In this document: positions 33,364 through 49,279 of the stretch, one piece after another
How the letters are laid out: each line of letters begins with the position of its first letter
Position numbering within the stretch: position 1 is the first letter of the stretch
NCBI GenBank assembly: GCA_964016885.1
Contig: OZ024746.1
Location: 37,324,001-37,388,000, forward strand
Direction: 5' to 3'
DNA length: 64,000 bases
Origin: Eledone cirrhosa
Lineage: Eukaryota
Translations under genes and position numbers: made by a program
Notes under the pieces: generated by a model
Database searches by the model: none
What the model saw: only the letters and a program-made list of their open reading frames with translations
What the model was told of the DNA's origin: nothing

Positions 33364-33842
33364 GGTCTGCATCTCTGTGTGTGTGTGAAGGCATATGAGA
33401 TTTGGATAAATACAACGAACACTGTGGTTCATATTATTGAAACATTTGTTCTGCATTTCACAAATATATGATCATTCTCTTTTAAAATATTTCTAAAACA
33501 TCCTGTCCGTTTTTTACGAGTTTCTTTCAATATGAGCACAAATATGCGACTTTTTTTTATCTTTACTTTAATTTGTTTGTTTCTGTTCGGTTTCGCCCGT
33601 ATAACATAATTCATATTGTCCACCGGTAACCGTTACTAAATGTCTCTTATTTATTGTGATCATTTTTCTTGAGAGTTGCGATTTTACTTGACATGCCTGA
33701 TATTATTTTATATCTTTACAGTATGTTTTATGGGCATGAAAATAGGAAATATTTTGTGTCAAAATATATTAATACAAATAAAATATATTTATTTGCACAC
33801 ACACACACACACACATTTACACAAACATACACAAACACACAG

Positions 33843-33934
<92 letters not shown>

Positions 33935-33941
<7 letters not shown>

Positions 33942-34130
33942 TTGTGTCTATTTTTGGCACACGGCCAGCAATTATCCCAGTGCATTATTGGTGCTTTATT
34001 TTATCGACCCCGTAAGGATGAAAGGCTAATTTAACCTAGGCGGGATTTGAACTCACACCATAAAGGGATGTAACTCTATGCTGCAAAATAGTGAGTTCGA
34101 CCCTCTACCTATACTGCAATTCTATCGCCC
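33935..34130 (-). mobile_element. tRNA-derived SINE
   Basis: Matches 14667-14861. (AAT)n on both sides. Confidence 0.85.
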
Positions 34131-34177
<47 letters not shown>

Positions 34178-34821
34178 GGGAAGGTACATGGTGGATAGAG
34201 TGTGATGGAATCGCTCCCGTTAGCTTTTGATTTTTTACATACTTAAAACAATTGTGATAGAATAATTCTTATTACAAATGGGACAAAAGATACCAGTCTT
34301 AACTCACAAGAAGTGACAACGCATACAATTATGGCACAGGGCTCCAATATTTAATACTTAATTTTGTATCAGAAATGTTATAGTCAAAAAAGAAAATGGT
34401 CACAAATGGAAGAAAACAAAAAGCAAAATAATTTCACCACCGCCGCCGCCACCACCACCACTACGACAAAAAATGTAGCTAGATACAAACCAAAACCAAC
34501 AGCTAAAACAACACCATCACAACACCATCACTGCAGTATTACTATCCCATCACTACACTATTACTATCCCATCACTACCGTCACCACTGCATCATCGCTT
34601 TTCCCCCACTACCTCCTGTTAAGAAAGGGATAGTAGTAGTGCCACAACACATGACTAGAAGCGAGGAAGTCACCAAAAGATATAAAAAGATATATATAGA
34701 CTAATTTAGTGATACGGTCAAACAGCTAAGAACAACACCAAAATAATTATTGTTGTTGTATCTCTAAACTCACTCAAAATGTTTAGTTTAAACGATGTCA
34801 AATCTAAACCATAATATAATA

Positions 34822-34918
34822 ATAATAATTGTTTCTACTTTAGGCACAAGGCCAACAATTACCCAGTACATTACTGGTACTTTATTTTATCGACCCCGTA
34901 AGGATGAAAGGCAAAGTT
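34822..34918 (-). mobile_element. SINE 3' half
   Basis: Matches the tail and central domain of 14667-14770. Confidence 0.8.
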
Positions 34919-35224
34919 ATATATAATATAATAATAATAATAATGATAAGCAACGAGTCGAAAAATTACAGAAAAAAACACAGACAAAAACAAATGCAAC
35001 AACAAAAGAAAAAGTTTCAAAAGTTTTGAACGCAACATCCCCTGCTTCCCTCGTAGCTAAAATCAAAAATAGCAGAGCAGCATCAACAGCACTAGTAACC
35101 GATGTTACTGGCCTTCAAAGACCAAAAAAAAAAAGTCAGACATTCAAACATTACAATGAAACTTATGTTTATATTTTTAATTTTTTATCTATTTGTTTGT
35201 TTATTAATTTATATTCGTCTACAG

Positions 35225-38200
35225 CGTGATGGTGCAACGCTAAAATCATCAGGGATGAGGAAATCACTGGTGGTTATGTAACCATACATTCACCAATCCT
35301 CGATATGAGTGTTTAAGTGTCGAACCTAAACAGTTCGAATAACGATGAAGAGGAGACTGGAACGTCATATGAAAGACTCTCACCCAGCAACTGCTCCTTG
35401 GCCTAGCAGCAGGGACCTGGCTGTCATCCAAATAATGCTGGTGTTGGAGGAAGAAGAAGGGAAGAGACAAGAACCAACTGGACGAAAGAATTGAATAGAA
35501 CTGTCATGGAATGTTACCTGAAAAAGGCTATAGGGAAAAGGCTATAGGAAACGGATGCATAACATCTGGAACGAGATTGGTCTATTTAAATTAGATGAAC
35601 AAACATTGGGTGGACAGGCTCGGGTAATAAGAACTAATGGATGGATGAGCGAGTTGGAACTGAAGGAACTGAGCAGAGAGATTAAGTTGGAAATGGAGAG
35701 AGGAGTATGTCAGGCAAAGGAGCTAGTGGGAAATGAAGGTGAAGAGGTTGAGAGACCTGAGGAAGCATCCGAAGCAGGCAATGAACTGAATAACATCTGG
35801 AACAAAGATACGGCCATTGAGGAAATGAATGCTGACGGGCTAGGAAAAGATTTGGTTGATATCTGAACTTAGTGGTAGATGAAATGAACAATGATAGTGG
35901 AAAACCTATGAACCCAAGATTTGTAGACAGGAAGAAGTTAAAAGAAACAACAGCTAATGTAAACAAAGTCATCGCATACCTTGAGGCGAGGAACCTTCAC
36001 CAATGCAACAATATCCTCAAAGCAACAGCAAATGTGGTGAGGAAATTACTCGGCATAAATACGAGAGGAAATTACTTGGCATAAATACGAGAGGAAACAA
36101 CAAACAAGAAAGATCATAACCTAGGTGGAAGAAAAGAGAGAATGGTAAAATCAAGGAAATGAGAAATGACATTGGGAATCTTGAGTCCCTACAGAATGGG
36201 ACATTACAAAACATAGACATTAAATATAGATTGGAAATAAAGTACAAAATTAGGGGGAAAAAGCTAAATATGATCATAGAGGAATTGCAGCAACGCATTG
36301 TAGCAAAACGTGCAAAGATTAGGCGGTATGAGAGCACAGTCAGTCACTATAGACAAAACTGCATGTTTGACAACAGCCAGAATAATTTTGTTTGGACAGC
36401 TTGAAGGAAAAGAAAGAGGCAACGACTTGATCCCTGAGGCGGAACAGACTAAGACATTCTGGAGAGGAATATGGGAGCAGGATGTTGAATATAATAGTCA
36501 GGCAGTTTGGATTGACACAGTTCAAAAGGAGATTAGTGAACAAGCACAACAAAAACCGGATTTGAGTATCACAGTTGAAACTCTTAAATGGCAGGCCAAA
36601 AAACTATTTGGGAGGCGTGAAGATCAAGATAAGTATCTTCAAGTGAGATAGTTTGTACCCTCTGCTGTTTGTCTTTGCCCTGATATCACTGAACGTTATA
36701 TTGCAAAAAGTGAGAGCATGATACAAGTTGGGAATATGATAACCTAGAATGAACCACCTCCTCTTCATGGACGATATTAAACTATTTTCAACAATGGTAT
36801 ATGTATGGAATTTGGTATTAATAAGTGTGGAGTCCTAGTGATGAAGAGGGGTAAATTGAGCAGAAGCAACGGAATCCAGGTACCAACAGGTGAGATGATA
36901 AAGGAAATTGGCACTGAAGAAGGGTACAAATATTTAGGTGTTCTGGAGAAAGATGACATCAAGAACAACAAAATTGAAGAAATTGTTAAGATCTGAGTAC
37001 ATTAGGAGAGTAAGGAGGGTATTAAAATAACATCTTAATTATAGGAATGTCATAAGTGCAGTGAATCCCCGAGCTGTGTCTATTATTAGGTACAGTGCGG
37101 GAATTCTGAAATGTTGTTGAACAAAGCAAAATGGATAGGAAGAGTAGGAAGCTATTGAGTATCTACAACATGTTCCACAAGAGGAGTGATGTCGATAGAT
37201 TCTACTAAAAGATATTTGAAGGGGGAAGAGGTCTTATCAGCATAGAGGACTGTGTTCAGGTGGAGAAAAACAACCTGCACAAATGCGTGACTGACAGTAG
37301 GGAGCCAATGCTCAAAATTGTACTGAAGGAGAAGACAATAGACCAGGGGATGTCCAAGGAGGAAATAACAACGAGGAGGAAGAGCAACCTTCATGAAAAG
37401 TCGCTTCATAGTACGTTCTTTAAGAAAACTGAATTTAGAGATCCACAGACATGGAACTGGTTAAAAAAAGGAGACCTTAAAAAGGCTACAGAAGGAATGC
37501 TAATGGCTGCGCAAGAAGAGAACATGCTCTCAGAACGAAGTGGGTGAAACACCATATTTACAAGGAGGAGGCTAGCCCACTGTGTAGGATCTGTGGAGAG
37601 AGAGGGAGGAGACTGCGGCTTACATTGTATCCGAGTGTAAACACCTAGCCAAGATCACTATAAAGGCTGGGGACATGATGTGATAGGCAGGGTGATCCAC
37701 TGACATCTATGCAAAGCAAATAATTTACCACATTCTGAGAAGTGGTACGAGCATAAGCCAGAGTCATTGATAGAAAACGATCAGGTGAAGTTGCTATGGG
37801 ATTTTAAGATACAGACGGACAACAAATTAGAATACAATAGGCCTGACCTTGTGGTTTCGGACAAGGAAAAACGATCGTGCCTGATTGTAGATGTAGCCTG
37901 CCCATTTGCCATGAGAGTGCAAGAAAAGGAGAGGGAAAAAATTAACCGATACCATTTTAAGTTTGGAGTTAGAAGGGGAGTTTTAAGTGGAACTGCCATG
38001 AAATCAAGGTCGTCCCGATTGTCATAGGCGGACTAGGTACTATGTCAAAGAGTTTCCAAGGATGGTTAAAGAAGTTTAGTCCAGCCCCGCTTTTTGGAAC
38101 ACTTCAAAAGGCATGCTTGCTGGGAACAGCAAGAATCCTCCGATACCGCCTGAATATCTGAGGCTGCTTGTAGCGGCCTGATATTCATTTCAACAAACTT

Positions 38201-38235
38201 TCCAGTTAAATAACACCAACTGAGACTCAAAGAAC
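35225..38235 (+). mobile_element. R4/Dong-clade family A, near full-length but decayed, RT N-terminal half deleted
   Basis: Fragments align by eye to 14917-17605. Deletion junction near 36606 (GCCAAAAAACTA|TTTGGGAGGCGTGAAGATC). Retains a 5' region absent from the other copy. (AAT)n tail. Confidence 0.88.
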
Positions 38236-38238
38236 AAC

Positions 38239-38279
<41 letters not shown>

Positions 38280-38844
38280 CAACAACAACAACGACATTAA
38301 GAAACATGCTGATGTTACATCAATCGTTTATACATTATAATTTTTTCAATGGTTCTCTCATGCAATCAATATGTAATTCATGCATTTGTTGTTATGAGAA
38401 CGGTGTCTCCAGACGAAATTCGATTTTGTGATAATGCCGCCGGTAGGAAAAACAGGTACTTCTGCTTGTCCAGCCGGCAGACATATGAGTTGCTAATGGT
38501 CTGCCAGCAGTCGTGTTTTCTGGAGTTTACTCATTGAAAGATACATTTTAATTTCTGATATATTCATGATATAAAAAACGGTGACAACCCATATACACGC
38601 AAGAAATATGACAGCTCGATGACCATCAATTTAATGTGAAAAATCAATTCAGAGAGACGGAAACATACTGAGTTGCATTTCTGAAAGGAAACATGCTGTT
38701 CTCGTGAGTATTGCTACCTGCATAATGTCACACATAAAAATATAATATGAACCTCAACAACCAAACTGTAATGTTAATGATTTTAAAAGAGCTAATCTTG
38801 CTGAAAGTGATATAATCCATACTCAACCATATACAATTCGATAC

Positions 38845-39002
38845 AATCAACCCCACATCATTACTGGAGCTTTATGTTATCAATTCCGTAAGAAAGAGAG
38901 ACAAGCTATGCTCGGAGGAATTTTGAACTCGCAACGTAAACGGCCGTAACTCCATGCCACATAGCAGATTTTTCTACACTCTATAGACTGCCAATCCACC
39001 GT
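38845..39002 (-). mobile_element. Degenerate tRNA-derived SINE
   Basis: TTTGAACTC...GCCGTAACTC...ACTGCCAATCCACCG matches the SINE head. Confidence 0.7.
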
Positions 39003-40374
39003 ATATACGCAATAATGAAATGAACATAACATTTGGTGATGTTTTATGAGCATCTTATCATGACCCCAATACTTCAGGAGCTGGAGGTAAAATTGAAAGA
39101 TGTGTCACCCAACCTGTTCTATGTGATTTCAACCCCCGCAGTTTGATCGTCTCCCGAGTCCCAGAATCAGTCTCGAATACCACAGTGTCAACTGAAATAG
39201 CAAGGAGTTCTATATAAGATATCTAAAATGCTATGTGTGGTTGAAATAATGCTATAGTCAACATGAGACAGACACTATGTAACTCATTTTATTTTGTACA
39301 CCTAATTACATTCCTAATCCTAGGTTCAGTTCTCCAGCGCATTTCTGTTGTATAAAACCTACTAAATGTTACGTTTGTTAATATAAGCACATTAAAAAAA
39401 AATATTCTTAAACGTTTATAGAGATGTACTTACCGTTTGTTCCCTTTCTCCTGCTTATATGACATTATAGCAAACATGTTTTTGCGTGAGAATAAATTAA
39501 TTTTATTAGTTGACCTTCTTTCCCCATTACATGAATATAACTAAAATATTGTATGAAGAAAAAACCAAACATAAAGAAAACATTGATGTATGTCACTATA
39601 TTTGAATCTACAATTATCGTAATTTAAAAAGAAAATATTTAATTTGCAAGATTTATCTGCAATGATTGAAAACCGATTTGCAAATCGTTCAGATTTAATT
39701 ACTAGAGCTTATACCCTGATAAAGTACATTTTGAAATCAGCATGTGATATTTATTACAGTATTAGGTATTCTGATGTTACCTCCACAGAGAAAAATAATT
39801 GTTAAAAGAATAATTGTTTCTACTTTAGGCACAAGGACAGCAATTACGCAGTGCATCACATTATTGTTAAAAGAATAATGATATCCAATTATTAGAATAC
39901 TGGACTAAACAGCGTAACGATGATTAAATTCGATGAAATCACTTCCAGTAAGGCTAAAGAGATATTGATATTAGAACTATGTATATATTATATCTATCAT
40001 CGAGTACGTGTTTAAATCGAAAACTTTTAAGTTATACATATTTCAAAGCCTGATTTTTATAAGATAAATTACTCATTCTCATTCTTAGTTTATTGTGAAA
40101 GGTTTTGATAAACATGTATGTGTGATAGATAACAAACTCTCGCAACTCCGATCTAAAATGTAGAAGTTAGACTAATGTTGGAGCTTGACATGCTAACACT
40201 ATCATTAAACATTCTTAGCTGTATCATTGAGTCATGAATTAATATAAAATCATATCGAAATGAATTCCTATGCATATCAGTCCTAACTTTGGAATAAACA
40301 ACCTACAGAAAATATATTGAAGTCACCTAGACGGATGTGTTGAATTCTCTAGTTAGAATTAGTTCTAACGCTCA

Positions 40375-40490
40375 GTAAACTGGAGTAACGTGAAATTAAG
40401 TGGATTGCTCAAAACCACATATCATCTCTTGGTCCGGGAATCTAACTCACAATCTCACGATTGCTTACCCCTAATCTATGCTCCTTCGCG
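40375..40490 (-). mobile_element. Degenerate second SINE family (CORE-like)
   Basis: AAGTGGATTGCTCAAAACCACA...CCGGGAATCTAACTCACAATCTC resembles a reversed core plus tRNA B-box. Confidence 0.45.
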
Positions 40491-41379
40491 ACAAAGTACG
40501 AACCAATCATGATATTGGCTCGATTTAAGAGCGGAAAGCCCTTATTTGAAATGTATAGAATTCCGTCCATAATATTCTCAGCAAAATACTATGCACTTTA
40601 TCTCTCATATGGAGTCTAATTTAGCCGTCATTGTCAAACAAGCAATAATAGCCATTGGGACAACATTTCGTGCCTAAATGAGAGATTTGAACACTCAGCC
40701 TGCTTAATGCCGCTGACAGAAAAACAGAGGGCAAATATTAGAAAAGTCAAGATGTGTACACCGCATTGTATTTTACGAGTAGGTATAACATGTTTTTCAG
40801 TTAATGGTATTAGGTAGGTTTGCACAGTTACATTTATACATTAGGGACATTTTTGAACTGCATGGCATTAACACAAGTAGACGAAACGGGGAGTTTGAGA
40901 TATTCAACAGAGATAAGAGTGCGTGCACTTTGAAAATTGCGTTTAATATTAAATTAAGATTTCGATAAAAAAAATCACGAAATATGTAGATAGATAAATA
41001 TGAATATGTACTAAACGAAAGATAAACTGGGACATAGACATCTAAAGAAAACAATGTCATATGGTATGTCATTACATTCCTGCCTATATATATTCGTTTA
41101 ACTACAAAAATGTGAACAAGAATGATTTTGAAAGAAATAAAAATAGAATTAAAGAAAATATCTTTATGATAATTTGAGTGATAAAACGATTCCCCATGCG
41201 TAGAAAGGCAATTGAAATAACAGCAGAAGATGAAGCTATCACAAATGATTAAATATACATATCATAATTTACTAACCTATATAAAGATATTTTAAATGCA
41301 TAAAGATTTGCTTCATATGTCTTCATCTATGTATATATATAAACATACTGACTAAGTCAAACATGCACGCTCACACACA

Positions 41380-41455
<76 letters not shown>

Positions 41456-41489
41456 AGTGTGTATGTGTATATATGTATATGTATATATT

Positions 41490-41640
<151 letters not shown>

Positions 41641-41805
41641 GGAAAGAGAGAGAGAGAGGGAGAGAGAGAGAGAGAGAGAGAGAGACGGAATTTGAGATTG
41701 TAAGAACCACACCGATCGACGTGTACTTGGAAAACTGATATAGATTGAAATATGAGATAAACACAACTAAATGAAAATGTTAATATATTTATACACATGC
41801 ATACA

Positions 41806-41890
<85 letters not shown>

Positions 41891-42070
41891 TTAATACTTT
41901 AACAGAGAAAGCTTTAAGCAATACTCCGACCGGCTTCCGCCTTACTCAACAAACATTAGGATATACCTTAGTATAATCCCAATTATACGTTTGGGGTGCA
42001 AACTATACGTATTTTGCGGATAGTCAGTTGTATTATTTTATATGAGACCTAATTAAAATACATCTCTCTT

Positions 42071-42192
42071 TCCAGACGATCGTTTCATTATAAGTTTTCT
42101 ACAAATTGGGAAAATAGTGTACATGTTATGTTGAAGCCTACACATAGTCCGTAGGAATATATGTAGGTGGGCACTTATAAATCATCAGTGGA
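42071..42192 (-). ncRNA. Type I hammerhead ribozyme motif in a (TA)n-flanked PLE terminal fragment (41885-42240)
   Basis: Minus strand reads TCCA-CTGATGA-TTTATAAG...CTTATAAT-GAA-AC gatc GT-C-TGGA. The downstream tail is homologous to 20566-20742. Confidence 0.8.
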
Positions 42193-42257
42193 TGCCCGAC
42201 AAATATCGATAAAAAAATTCTTACCGATATATATTTATTTATATATATACATATATA

Positions 42258-42379
<122 letters not shown>

Positions 42380-42577
42380 CAGAGAGTGTAACTTGGAGTT
42401 ACTGTAGGTTCACCCGGGTGAGAACTAGTTGTTTTGTTTTGGTTTACTTCAATCTCGAGGTGTAGAGCTAGCCAGAGTGTATTATAGTGGAATACACGAG
42501 TAACTAATCGTTATTTTATTATTTTGTTATTTTAATCCACTATATTTTGTTATTTTATTTCACTATATATACACACA

Positions 42578-43380
<803 letters not shown>

Positions 43381-43389
43381 ATATATATA

Positions 43390-43784
43390 TACGATATATT
43401 AACAAATGGAAACTATATTTATAAAACCATATTTATTTCATTATACATATTTCAGGGACACCAAGTTAAATTATGGTGTGCTTTCATCAGATAAAATATA
43501 ATATAGAGCAATTTTATAAATACATATTGACATAATATCCGCATTCTTTAAGGGTATGTCAATATTTATTTATAAAACTGCTCTATATTATATTTTATGT
43601 GATGAAAGCACACCATAATTTAACTTGGTGTCCTTGAAATATGTATAATAAAATAAACATGGTTTTATAAATATAGTTTCCATTTGTTAATATATCGTAT
43701 TTTTTCTTCAATAATTTGTTGAGTGCTTTATATCAGTTATAAAAATATTTGCTTGTTGTATCCCAACAATTTAAATAGATCTTC

Positions 43785-43787
<3 letters not shown>
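43390..43787. mobile_element. Fold-back element (~145-bp arms plus tail) with a degenerate HHR in each arm
   Basis: 43390-43533 is the inverse of 43555-43700. The left arm on minus reads CTGATGA-AAGCACACCA...TGGTGTCCCT-GAAATATGTA. (TA)n flanks. Confidence 0.7.
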
Positions 43788-43837
<50 letters not shown>

Positions 43838-43843
<6 letters not shown>

Positions 43844-44950
43844 TAAAATACCAGATTAAAGTTTATGCAAAGAATCGCTGCTTTCACCCTTGATGTGGGA
43901 GCTAAGTACATTTTGTTTATTCCATTATTTATTTGCATACGTAAGTATATACTACCCGTATGTTTTGTGAAGGTACGGATAACTTCTCGTACGTATATTT
44001 GATTGTTTATGTTATGGCGTATAATTTTATATATTCTGGTACATATGGTTTGGCTATGTGTATACGGGAGTTTTGCGTCTGTGTGAGTATGCAGGTTCCT
44101 ACGTATGTAGGGTGTGTGTATATGTCTACTTCATGTTTTGGTGGACTTACGTCTCCGATCATTCGTGTATTTACATGGAGGTATGTGTGTGCGCTTGTTA
44201 TTACGTATTTACTTATTTATATACGTTTAGATAATTATTTATTTATTTGTATACACGCATACACACACGCACTTATTTATATGTGCGTGGTTTTGTATAC
44301 CTATGGTAAGTGTTTTGCGTATACTTGTGTATGTACGTATTTGTTGCGTGTATGTATTTATTTATTTCTATTACTTCTTTATTGTATGTATTTACTTTGT
44401 TCTTAACTCTGAAGCGGAGATTCATTCGGTCTCCTAGTTAGAATTTTAGTCTACGACTTCTGCTACGTGGTTTTGTCTTTGCGTGCTATTGTTCTCCACG
44501 CTCAACATATGACGTATATCTTCGTTATTTTCGTTCCTTCCCAGAGAACGTCTCTATGAACCACCTAAGAGAACATTAGTCTACGACATCTTTTATACCA
44601 TAAACGTGGTTCTGTCTTTGCGCGTAATTGTTTTTCACCGCTCCTGTTAATGACGTATTATATTCGTTTTCTCCCGTTCTTTGCCAGCAAACGTTTCCAC
44701 GAACCAAAAGTATCGTCTTCCTGTCTTCCTCCGGTTGCAACGTTTTTTGAAATATCCACTTCTGCGTTTACAGATTGACTTTGTTAGTTTCAGAAGATCC
44801 CGTTAAGGGTGAAAGCAGCGATTCTTTGCTTAAACTTTAATCTGTTATTTTAATAAATATTTGCTCTACGGTTCTTATATATTTGATATATATTTATCCT
44901 TATCGAGCCCTCTTTAGGATTTTAGTCTTCAAATTTATTATTATTACTAT
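43838..44950 (+). mobile_element. Non-coding PLE-type element with ~55-bp inverted terminal copy and HHR-like motif (44786-44836)
   Basis: 43838-43891 is the inverse of 44805-44860. Motif AGTTT-CAGAAGA-TCCC..GGGT-GAA-AGCA..TGCT-T-AAACT has core substitutions. Confidence 0.6.
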
Positions 44951-45774
44951 ATATAATTCATTTTAGTATTGCTTTTGCAAGATTTCATATCTGAAAACGT
45001 GTATTGAAACAGATATTGTCATATTTGGGGAGTCATGTTGCCAATAAAAATGCACGCACCCTTTTGGTTTTTATTCAATTTATCCTTTAGTAACCGGATA
45101 TTTGTTTATTTGTTGTCAAGGTTATGTCGACACACATTCTGTGATTCTCTCAGTGACTAATTCACTACTATATTTGGGTATCTCCTTTATTCTGTCCTAT
45201 AGCAAAGTTTGTCTATCTCTCTTTATCTGTGCTGTCGTGTATATCATCTTGGGCTTAGTTAAGGTTACAGTGAACCCTAAATGAGAAAATGTTTCCGTAA
45301 ATGTATTCACTGTGTATTGCTTCTATATATAGTAGGTACTGCTTATAGGCGTTATATTTATAGCTGTGTGTCTGCGTGTCTGTGTATACGTAATTCTACA
45401 ATTATTAGTGTGTTTCCTCATGTAAAAGAATTAATGCCATGTATATAATTGAATTAGAACGACTCAATTTAAGTTGGAACTGCACGCCGCATAAGAATAC
45501 GTGTTATAGATCCTTTGTTGACTTGATTAATTACTATCCCACGTGAAGAACCTTTTCAATACATACAGAGAGCACATAATCCGTACCTTATCCTTCTAAA
45601 ATCTCTATTCCCCAAAATACAATTTGTCATTCTCATAGTGTTGAGGGCATTCATTTTAGCACGTTATATCCAAACGTATAATTCGCATATTTGTGCAGTC
45701 ATATCCAAGACTGATATACTTTGATTTTTAGAATTCATTTCCTAGTATATTTCTAATCGTTTCATCTATGCTAC

Positions 45775-45943
<169 letters not shown>

Positions 45944-46065
45944 ATAAATATCTCATAAGATTTGGGGCCATTTTAGCATTTCCTGACAACATTCATATAT
46001 TCGATATCATATTTTCAAATTTAGTATTATTCAATATTATACAGTAGAATTCCTCTTTGCTGCAG

Positions 46066-46204
46066 GACCAAGAATGTAAGAAATTACTTAATTCCAATAT
46101 GATTGAACATATAAACGTTCTGGAAAATCCACGTATTTCTAGTGATAGTATGGAATTCATGGAATATCCGAACATTTTATCAAATAATGTTGGACTTCAA
46201 ACAG
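46066..46204 (+). CDS. Candidate internal exon (DQECKKLLNSNMIEHINVLENPRISSDSMEFMEYPNILSNNVGLQT)
   Basis: Acceptor TTCCTCTTTGCTGCAG, donor CAG|GTAATC, open frame of normal complexity. No homology recognised. Confidence 0.35.
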
Positions 46205-46809
46205 GTAATCAAATAAAATTATATAACGTTGTAAAATTAAAAAATCAACTAACATTGTTACGAGATAAAACATTAATACAGTGATGTAAACGTTATATAT
46301 CAAACACACACAAATTTACACACACATCCCCACTTACATAACCATGAGACAGGCACGTACGTAAACACACAAGTGAAATATACGACGAGTGTATAGTAGA
46401 TAATTAAAAGAACCAACTCGAAATCTTCCGTATTGAGAACACATTTTCTTTACGATATAATGCGGCAATAGTTCAGTGATAAATGCCCCACTATTCTACA
46501 GTATCTCACCTAATAAATTAAAATATCTACGTAGACAGGATATATAAAATAATCAAGAGACTTTACGAACAGTATCTCGTATTAAACTGTATGATAACAC
46601 GATGTCGCTAAACATACAACACGATGAAACTGCCATCACCTTATTTATAGATTTTGCTTATAACAATTTTGATTACCAACCCTCCATCTCCTTCTATCTA
46701 ACATACCTCGTTGGTATACTCAATAAAACCACTGGAAATGCAGAAATATTACAACCATTTTGTACAAATATGTATATACAGAGAGATACATAAATAATAT
46801 ATTTATATG

Positions 46810-46878
<69 letters not shown>

Positions 46879-46958
46879 TTATACTCACACACAGAGATGT
46901 TCATATATATGTGTGTGTGTGCATATATTTATATATACACACATATATATATATATAT

Positions 46959-47022
<64 letters not shown>

Positions 47023-48080
47023 TATATAAATAAAGGATTATGAGTTATGAGTTCATGCAATTGACTTATGTTTCGTCACTATATATATATATATTTATAT
47101 ATATATATATATGTTTATATGTATACATGTGTGTCTGTGAGTGTAATGATATTGTTTTATATGCTTCATGTTAATGCGTACATTTTTACAATTGTAAAGA
47201 TAGAAAAGGATGAATGCATTTATGAATTATTACCCAGAAGAAAGAAATCAATTCAGATGAAAAGATTAATATGCACAGGAAGAAAATATGTTAAATTCTA
47301 GATAATTATGTTACCCGAATGCAAAAACCTACGCAAATTCCTTTTAATATGCATGCCTATATAACGCTCATACATAATTACTGTATTAATACATTTAAAC
47401 GTACAACCAGATATGTCTGTACACTCAGTGAAACGTACAGAAATTCACACGCCTACAGATATCACATTAAATTCTTGCTCTCATACCCATGCGCCAAAAG
47501 GCACACACATATTTACTCTCGCACACAGACACAAATACACACAAGCACACCCTCACACACATACATACTCACACACACGCACACGCACACACATATATAT
47601 ATATATATATAGTTACATATGTTTATGTATATGTATTTGTGTATATGTTTATGTGTATATACAATTAGACATATATGATGTTAATTTATTTATGTCTACC
47701 TTCGTTTACAAATTTTACATGTGTAACCCCATTAATCTATTACATTCTTAAATATTCTGTTAACCCTTTACAATTGACTTAAAAATAAATTTAATACATC
47801 GCATTATTTTCCGAATTACATTGACACGCATGTGCATATGGAACTGGTTCTTTTCTTTCGAATAATATCCAATAATTTACCTCCAACTTCTCTCTCTTTT
47901 TTCACTTTGTTCGAATGATTTCTTCTTAATTCTGTTACAGTCATCTAGCCACCTCCCCTATGATACTAAATTCCATAATATAAAGAGCACGGATTTGTTC
48001 GATGTAAGAGTTAAACTATCGCGTTTTATGTATTATCGGGACACACACACGCAAAAATGACACGCACACACACACATATT

Positions 48081-48112
<32 letters not shown>

Positions 48113-48159
48113 GGAGAAGAGAGAGAGAGAGAGACAGATATAGAGAAAGAGAGAGACAA

Positions 48160-48235
<76 letters not shown>

Positions 48236-48644
48236 CGAGGGAGTGAGTGCATTACCAAGAATTGGACTTTTCGTCTTAAATGTCAAGGGAGAATGACATA
48301 GATATTTAGTGGAGAAACATTCAGGGTGTAAAATTTGGAAGTTATATATTGATGTGAAAATGAAAGACGTCATAGCTTTATTAATCGGAGATTCCAAAAC
48401 ATTTCTATGTATCAATCAGGTAAAATTATTTATAATTAGAAAAGTAGTATATACAAATTATACATGTTTTCTTTGGTTTCAATTTAATGGCCTACTTGCC
48501 ATTTAATAACAAGTGCTGAATGTTTGTAAAAGACCTTTTAGATGTTCAAATTAACTGTTGAAACGGGTACGTTTATAATAAATTCACCAGGTTTGTTTAG
48601 TTTGAGTCTCCATATATAAATGTTATTTTAACATTCAATTATCA

Positions 48645-48880
48645 TCATCATTATCATCAAAACCATCTTCGTTTCATGTCCATTTTCCACGCCAGCATGG
48701 GGAGGATGGACTGTCAGTTTGGGAGAGATCAGGTCGGAGGACAGTGTTTCTTTCATACATGGAGGATTTTGGCACAGTCTCTACAGCTGGATGCCCTTCC
48801 TAATGCCAACCATACTTACAGTGTGTGATTGATCTTTTTTGCCGTAACACCAACACGACCACTTTACAGTGTGGACTGTC
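48645..48880 (-). mobile_element. SINE 3' part of a third family
   Basis: (ATC)n tail, GTCCATTTTCCACGCCAGCATGGG and CTGGATGCCCTTCCTAATGCCAACC, motifs recalled from mollusc SINEs. Confidence 0.6.
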
Positions 48881-49127
48881 TATAACCATACGGATTTTTC
48901 ATTTCATGGTATAGTGTTGATTCTTTAGTGATAGGGTGCACACAATTTGAAATTGTATACACGTCAAATCCAGTTATTTTGTCAAATTGTATTCTGGAAT
49001 TTCTATGTCAGAACGTGTTTGTGTTAAAGATCGATTGTCATAAAAGCTATTATAGATAAAAATATAGTTTATTTAATATAGATACGATACACAGATATGA
49101 TCCTTTATGCGGGATATAGTCTTCCTT

Positions 49128-49279
49128 TTCTTCTTCTTCTTCTTCTTCTTCTTCTTCTTCTTCTTCTTCTTCTTCTTCTTCTTCTTCTTCTTCTTCTTCT
49201 TCTTCTTCTTCTTCTTCTTCTTCTTCTTCTTCTTCTTCTTCTTCTTCTTCTTCTTCTTCTTCTTCTTCTTCTTCTTCTT
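49128..49279. repeat. (CTT)n trinucleotide tract, ~50 units
   Basis: Directly visible. Confidence 0.97.

Noticed and set aside
48320-48419. Possible third exon of the + strand gene candidate
   Set aside because: The phase fits but the acceptor lacks a pyrimidine tract and there is no other support.
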